A DNA stretch of 12,054 nt from Candidatus Heimdallarchaeota archaeon (lineage in GTDB: Archaea > Asgardarchaeota > Heimdallarchaeia > Heimdallarchaeales > Kariarchaeaceae), in assembly GCA_015523565.1 (NCBI GenBank), contig WAKA01000018.1, positions 1 to 12,054 on the forward strand, read 5' to 3'. Positions 8,138-12,054 of this stretch are shown one piece after another. The notes beneath the pieces are model-generated. The model was not told the DNA's origin. It did no database searches and saw nothing but the letters and a program-made list of their open reading frames with translations. The translations under genes and the position numbers were made by a program. The stretch's first letter is position 1, and every line of letters begins with the position of its first letter.

Positions 8138-10635
8138 GCGAAAATAATGATAAACCAGATAATATTGTCAAAAATACAGTTGAGGAAAACCAACAGCAAG
8201 TCGAGGAACCCCAACAAGTGGAAGAGCAACAGCAAGTCGAGGAACCCCAACAAGTGGAAGAGCAACAGCAAGTCGAGGAACCCCAACAAGAGGAAGAGCA
8301 ACAGCAAGAGGAAGAACCCCAACAAGAGGAAGAGCAACAGCAAGAGGAAGAACCCCAACAAGAGGAAGAACCTCAACAAGAGGAAATGAAAGACAAAGAA
8401 ACAGATCAAAAGCAAGAAAGCGAAATGGTGAACATTGATGAGTTAATAGAAAAGAGTATAGAAGAAACAAAGACAAGCATTCCCAAATTCTACCATTTAG
8501 GAGAATTGAAAATACAAAGTAAATTTCAAAAAAGACTAAGGAATTTCAATAAGCTTATTGCATATGCCTTAATTCCATTGCTCATTATTGTCTTTGGAAC
8601 TATTTTCAATTTATATGGCATTAGTCAATACGTTCAGGTCAACAATACAAATGATGCACATCAAATCATGATCAATGGAACACAATCAGTTATTCTTCCT
8701 GTTGCCAAAAACATTGATTCAAAATTTTCATCAATTCTTGATTCTATTCAAGACTTTCAAGCTAAACTTAATTCAAATTGGACTTTTCCTGTTATCAAAA
8801 GTTTCCCTGCCAATGATACAGGATTAACACCTGGTTCGTATTTTTCAGAGAAGCATAATGGGACAATCGATTTGCTTGTTTCCTCATATTTCCTTTGGAT
8901 GAATTCAACAACGGGGAACCAGACAATAGCAGAGACATCTGCATTGACAGGTTTTTTCCAGTCATTGTATTTTGCAAATCCAAATATTCTCTATCTTCGT
9001 ACAATCTTTGATGATGGAGTTGTAAGAACATTTCCACATTTGGAAGAAAACACAAGCAACTTCAAACCATTAACCTACAAATGGTATAATGAAACCAAAC
9101 AGTTGAATTCAACAAATACAATTTTAAAAACGGTGTGGGTGGATCCCGTCACCAATAAGCATAGCATAGTCCTGTCTAAAAAATTTGAAATGAAAGGAAA
9201 AGAAAGAGGAATAATTGAATTGGTTGTTGACTTGTCATTTATTGACTCCTTGTTACGTAAATATTCTTCCAAAAATGAAGTGCCAATTGTCCTTAATCGA
9301 GACCATAAAGTTGTGTTTCATCCATCCTTAAAATTAGGAGCTTTTGATTGGAATGAAACATACATAAACCAGACATTGACATCATTGGAAAACACAACGG
9401 AATCAAAGATGTTGGAAAGTTTAGCCAGCCAACCATTTAATTCCTCTTCTTATACAGAAATGAAGACCAATGACACGACATCTCTTGTATGGAGATTGAA
9501 AATTAATTCAACAGATTTCATTTTCCTCTTCCAACTGAAGTTATCGAATAATAAGGTGATCTCCACATTTGATTCTACAGAGTTATTTGGGATACCTGGA
9601 ATAGTGGCATTTATGCTTTCTCTTGTTGCTCTGTTACTCCATGTCAATTATGGAATTATGGAGAATGTCGATTTTGAAAAAATGATTGATAAAATCAACA
9701 AGAAAATAAAAAGCAATAAGTTAATTGACAGCTTCAAAGGCTCAATAGACTCGTTGACGTCTGGAGTATTGCTTCAAGAAGTGACAGAGAAAGTATCTGA
9801 AGAAATTGAGAGCAAAGGAGAGGAATTACGCGAAAGCATTGAAGAAAAAATAGATGAGAAAGTCAAGAGTGTGCAGAGTGCAATTGACGAGAAACTTGCA
9901 CTTCTTGAAGAGGAAGAGGATGAAGATTCCCATCAAATTGTCAATGAAGTCTTTGACAAACCTAAAATCATTTCCAGAGTTCTTGATGGATTTGCCAAAA
10001 ATCCTGTACTTTACCTGAAAAATAAGATAGAAACCAAAGGCATTGACTTAAATGCAATCAAGAACGGAGATTTCTCATCTCTTCAAAATCTTGCAACCGA
10101 GCCAGAAAAACTGATTACAGTCTTAATTTCTGGAGGTCCAATTCCCTTGTCTGAACTGGCAAAAATCAGCAAGGTAAGCAAAGCGAAAATGGAACATTTC
10201 TTAGGGAGCTTGCCTGCTGAATCAGGTGTCTATCTCGACGAGAAAAATGATCAAGTGGAGGTGGACAAGGATCGGTTTGTCACTAACTTAAAAGACATAG
10301 GACCTCGTTTCAAATTGTTTTTCAAGGATCCCGATAAATACCTGCAAATGGTTCCAGGCAACAACTTTGAAAAGATTGAGAACTACAGAAGCAATATCAA
10401 GCAAGTTATCAAACCATTGATTGCAGGAGATGAAATGCCCTTGGAAGATGTTGCCAAATTATTGGGATTAAAACAGCAAGATGCCAAAGACCTTTTACTT
10501 TATAGCCAGAAAAAGGCAGACGTCGGATTGAAAATAAAGCGAAAGAAAGTTAGGGCGAATCCTGATAAGTTGAAAGAAAACCTGCAACCTTTTGTTGGCT
10601 CAATGCTAAAAGAACTTGTCACAAAATACGTTTAA
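8134..10635 (+). CDS. Two-TM dCache_1 sensor protein with acidic Glu/Gln repeat N-tail, cytoplasmic acidic coiled coil and duplicated winged-helix-like C-terminal domain
   Basis: TM1 at about 8554-8622, TM2 at about 9583-9657. Between them lie the Cache motifs NPNILYL..FDDGVVRTFP, FKPLTYKWY, VWVDPVT, GIIELVVDL and LNRDHKVVFHP. The C-terminus has two repeats (LISGGPIPLSELAKISKVSKAKMEHFL; LIAGDEMPLEDVAKLLGLKQQDAKDLL) with an HTH pattern. Confidence 0.82.
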   Translation: MSENNDKPDNIVKNTVEENQQQVEEPQQVEEQQQVEEPQQVEEQQQVEEPQQEEEQQQEEEPQQEEEQQQEEEPQQEEEPQQEEMKDKETDQKQESEMVNIDELIEKSIEETKTSIPKFYHLGELKIQSKFQKRLRNFNKLIAYALIPLLIIVFGTIFNLYGISQYVQVNNTNDAHQIMINGTQSVILPVAKNIDSKFSSILDSIQDFQAKLNSNWTFPVIKSFPANDTGLTPGSYFSEKHNGTIDLLVSSYFLWMNSTTGNQTIAETSALTGFFQSLYFANPNILYLRTIFDDGVVRTFPHLEENTSNFKPLTYKWYNETKQLNSTNTILKTVWVDPVTNKHSIVLSKKFEMKGKERGIIELVVDLSFIDSLLRKYSSKNEVPIVLNRDHKVVFHPSLKLGAFDWNETYINQTLTSLENTTESKMLESLASQPFNSSSYTEMKTNDTTSLVWRLKINSTDFIFLFQLKLSNNKVISTFDSTELFGIPGIVAFMLSLVALLLHVNYGIMENVDFEKMIDKINKKIKSNKLIDSFKGSIDSLTSGVLLQEVTEKVSEEIESKGEELRESIEEKIDEKVKSVQSAIDEKLALLEEEEDEDSHQIVNEVFDKPKIISRVLDGFAKNPVLYLKNKIETKGIDLNAIKNGDFSSLQNLATEPEKLITVLISGGPIPLSELAKISKVSKAKMEHFLGSLPAESGVYLDEKNDQVEVDKDRFVTNLKDIGPRFKLFFKDPDKYLQMVPGNNFEKIENYRSNIKQVIKPLIAGDEMPLEDVAKLLGLKQQDAKDLLLYSQKKADVGLKIKRKKVRANPDKLKENLQPFVGSMLKELVTKYV
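8191..8385 (+). repeat. Coding tandem repeat: five 36-bp units (each two 18-bp subunits) plus a partial unit, encoding QQQ(V/E)EEPQQ(V/E)EE
   Basis: CAACAGCAAGTCGAGGAACCCCAACAAGTGGAAGAG occurs identically at 8191 and 8227, with variants at 8263, 8299 and 8335. Units are contiguous, have no spacers and are in frame. Confidence 0.95.
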
Positions 10636-10651
10636 TCCATTTCATGCCAAA

Positions 10652-11914
10652 TCAAAATTCATTCTTTTTTTTTCTATAAATGACCATAATCCAAACACCA
10701 ACCAACAGGTACTCCAAATAAGTTTTCTGTGATGTCGTTTCAGAGACAGTTTCCTGTTTCTCTTTTGTTGTTTCATAATGGATGCCATCAACCAAAATTT
10801 TGTCAGGACTTTCAAAAACAATTGTTCTGAAACCATTTAATGGATCATATTTTCCTGGTTCAAATGAATTGTACATCTCAACCCATAAGGAATTACCGAC
10901 ATATTCCACTTTTGACACATGGTCATGTCCATAAAGGAATAAAGAAATGTTCAGTGACACGACATTGTTCCGAATTTTTTGATCATAGTCGTAATGTGCA
11001 AACAATATTTTCCGCTTGCCATGCCCATTTTGAAGCCGTTCACTTATTTGGTTCAAATAGCCATAATCAATCCCTGTAATATTGGAATTATAGCCGACAA
11101 AATAGAATTCATTCCATTCAAAATCAATTATGTTTTCAGGATACATGTATTGCTTCCAAATGTTTGAGGAGTGTTTCCTTGTCGGATAAAGATTCATCCA
11201 ATCATGATTGCCAGAAACCAAAAAGATCGGGAAGTTCCACATATCAAGGAAATCCAGACCTATATTGATAACCTGTTCGAACGTATATTTCGGTGGCTTG
11301 CCAGTTGTCTCATTGGTAAAATATGTCACACCCCCTTCAAGAAAATCACCAGTGATGATAACAAAATCAACCCCAGTACTTTCTATTTTTTGAAATACTT
11401 TTGTCACATTTTCCAGTGTAGACTTCCCTTCAATAAACATCGGTAAGTGAGTGTCTGAAACATGGGCAATTGTCAATGGCAAATCCTTTGCTTCTACAAT
11501 GTGAACAGAATGTGCCTGTGCATCAACGATTTGGGTGTTACCTGTCAAGAGAACAAGATCATAAGTTCCAATGGGCAATCCAAGGGGAAGAGACAGCTCG
11601 AAGTCCACCCCTTCTCCAGAAAGGTCTTCAGCAACAACGGTCAATGTTTTCTCTCCTTTCTTGCCTATTGCAACCGTAAACAGTTCACCTACAGGCTTTA
11701 ACAATTGAAGATGAATTATTCCATCTTGCAGAAGAATTGCAGGAAATGTTGCATGAGGGGATTTAATGTAATTATTTTTGTGATTGACAAAGTCAAAGGA
11801 CGTTGTTTCACGATAAGGTTTGTCAAAAGAAATTTTTGAAGGAGACGAAATGACAATCTGCGGAGAAATATATCCAATTAAAAGTAGAACGATTATGAAA
11901 AATTGCTTAAGCAT
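10652..11914 (-). CDS. Secreted, membrane-anchored calcineurin-like metallophosphoesterase
   Basis: All five metallophosphoesterase motifs are present: HVSDTH, ITGDF, SGNHD, FAH, GHDH. N-terminal signal (MLKQFFIIVLLLIGY) and a beta-rich N-domain. Thr/Glu linker, then YLEYLLVGVWIMVIY and RKKK. GAGGT (11924-11928, minus strand) favours ATG 11914 over TTG 11920. Convergent with the operon across a 16-bp gap. Confidence 0.9.
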   Translation of the reverse strand: MLKQFFIIVLLLIGYISPQIVISSPSKISFDKPYRETTSFDFVNHKNNYIKSPHATFPAILLQDGIIHLQLLKPVGELFTVAIGKKGEKTLTVVAEDLSGEGVDFELSLPLGLPIGTYDLVLLTGNTQIVDAQAHSVHIVEAKDLPLTIAHVSDTHLPMFIEGKSTLENVTKVFQKIESTGVDFVIITGDFLEGGVTYFTNETTGKPPKYTFEQVINIGLDFLDMWNFPIFLVSGNHDWMNLYPTRKHSSNIWKQYMYPENIIDFEWNEFYFVGYNSNITGIDYGYLNQISERLQNGHGKRKILFAHYDYDQKIRNNVVSLNISLFLYGHDHVSKVEYVGNSLWVEMYNSFEPGKYDPLNGFRTIVFESPDKILVDGIHYETTKEKQETVSETTSQKTYLEYLLVGVWIMVIYRKKKNEF

Positions 11915-12054
11915 ATCCAAACTACCTCTTATTTAGGATATACATAACATTAAAAACCATTAAGATAAAAAAATCATCATTCAATGATTAAAATGCGGTT
12001 ATTTAGGCTTATCATCCATAACAACATAAAACAGGTATTGCAAAATTTAAATAA

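Noticed and set aside
8191-8385. CRISPR array (36-bp repeats)
   Set aside because: The repeats are contiguous with no unique spacers, sit in frame within a CDS, and there are no cas genes.
8062-8476. Alternative-frame and antisense ORFs 8062..8415, 8147..8389 and 8168..8476
   Set aside because: They are shadows of the stop-free tandem repeat inside the 833-aa gene.
9658-10635. Methyl-accepting chemotaxis or histidine kinase output domain
   Set aside because: There is no MCP hairpin signature (LLALNAAIEAARAG) and no H-box or N/G1/F/G2 boxes.
10642-11701. Short ORFs overlapping the metallophosphoesterase gene
   Set aside because: They are shadow ORFs of a gene that has a complete catalytic motif set.

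Overview
AT-rich prokaryotic window, most likely from an Asgard (Heimdallarchaeia-like) archaeon. That assignment is inferred from archaeal BRE/TATA-like promoters, GGAGGT(G) ribosome-binding sites, PGF-CTERM-like C-terminal anchors and dense N-glycosylation sequons. It holds seven genes, all for membrane or cell-surface proteins. The centrepiece is a translationally coupled three-gene operon (4227-10635): (i) a polytopic membrane protein with an ECF S-component-like N-terminus and two Ig-like beta domains; (ii) a membrane-anchored dCache_1 protein with a MIDAS-type VWA domain inserted into the Cache, which aligns motif by motif with the first half of eukaryotic calcium-channel alpha2delta (CACNA2D)/CACHD1 subunits; (iii) a paralogous VWA-less dCache receptor with an acidic tandem-repeat N-tail and a duplicated winged-helix-like cytoplasmic output. 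Genes ii and iii together reproduce the alpha2delta layout (dCache[VWA] + dCache) as a split pair, and no ion-channel gene lies in the window. Two surface-anchored phosphoesterases (EEP family and calcineurin-like) flank the operon. All homology calls come from recalled motifs read by eye, not from searches.
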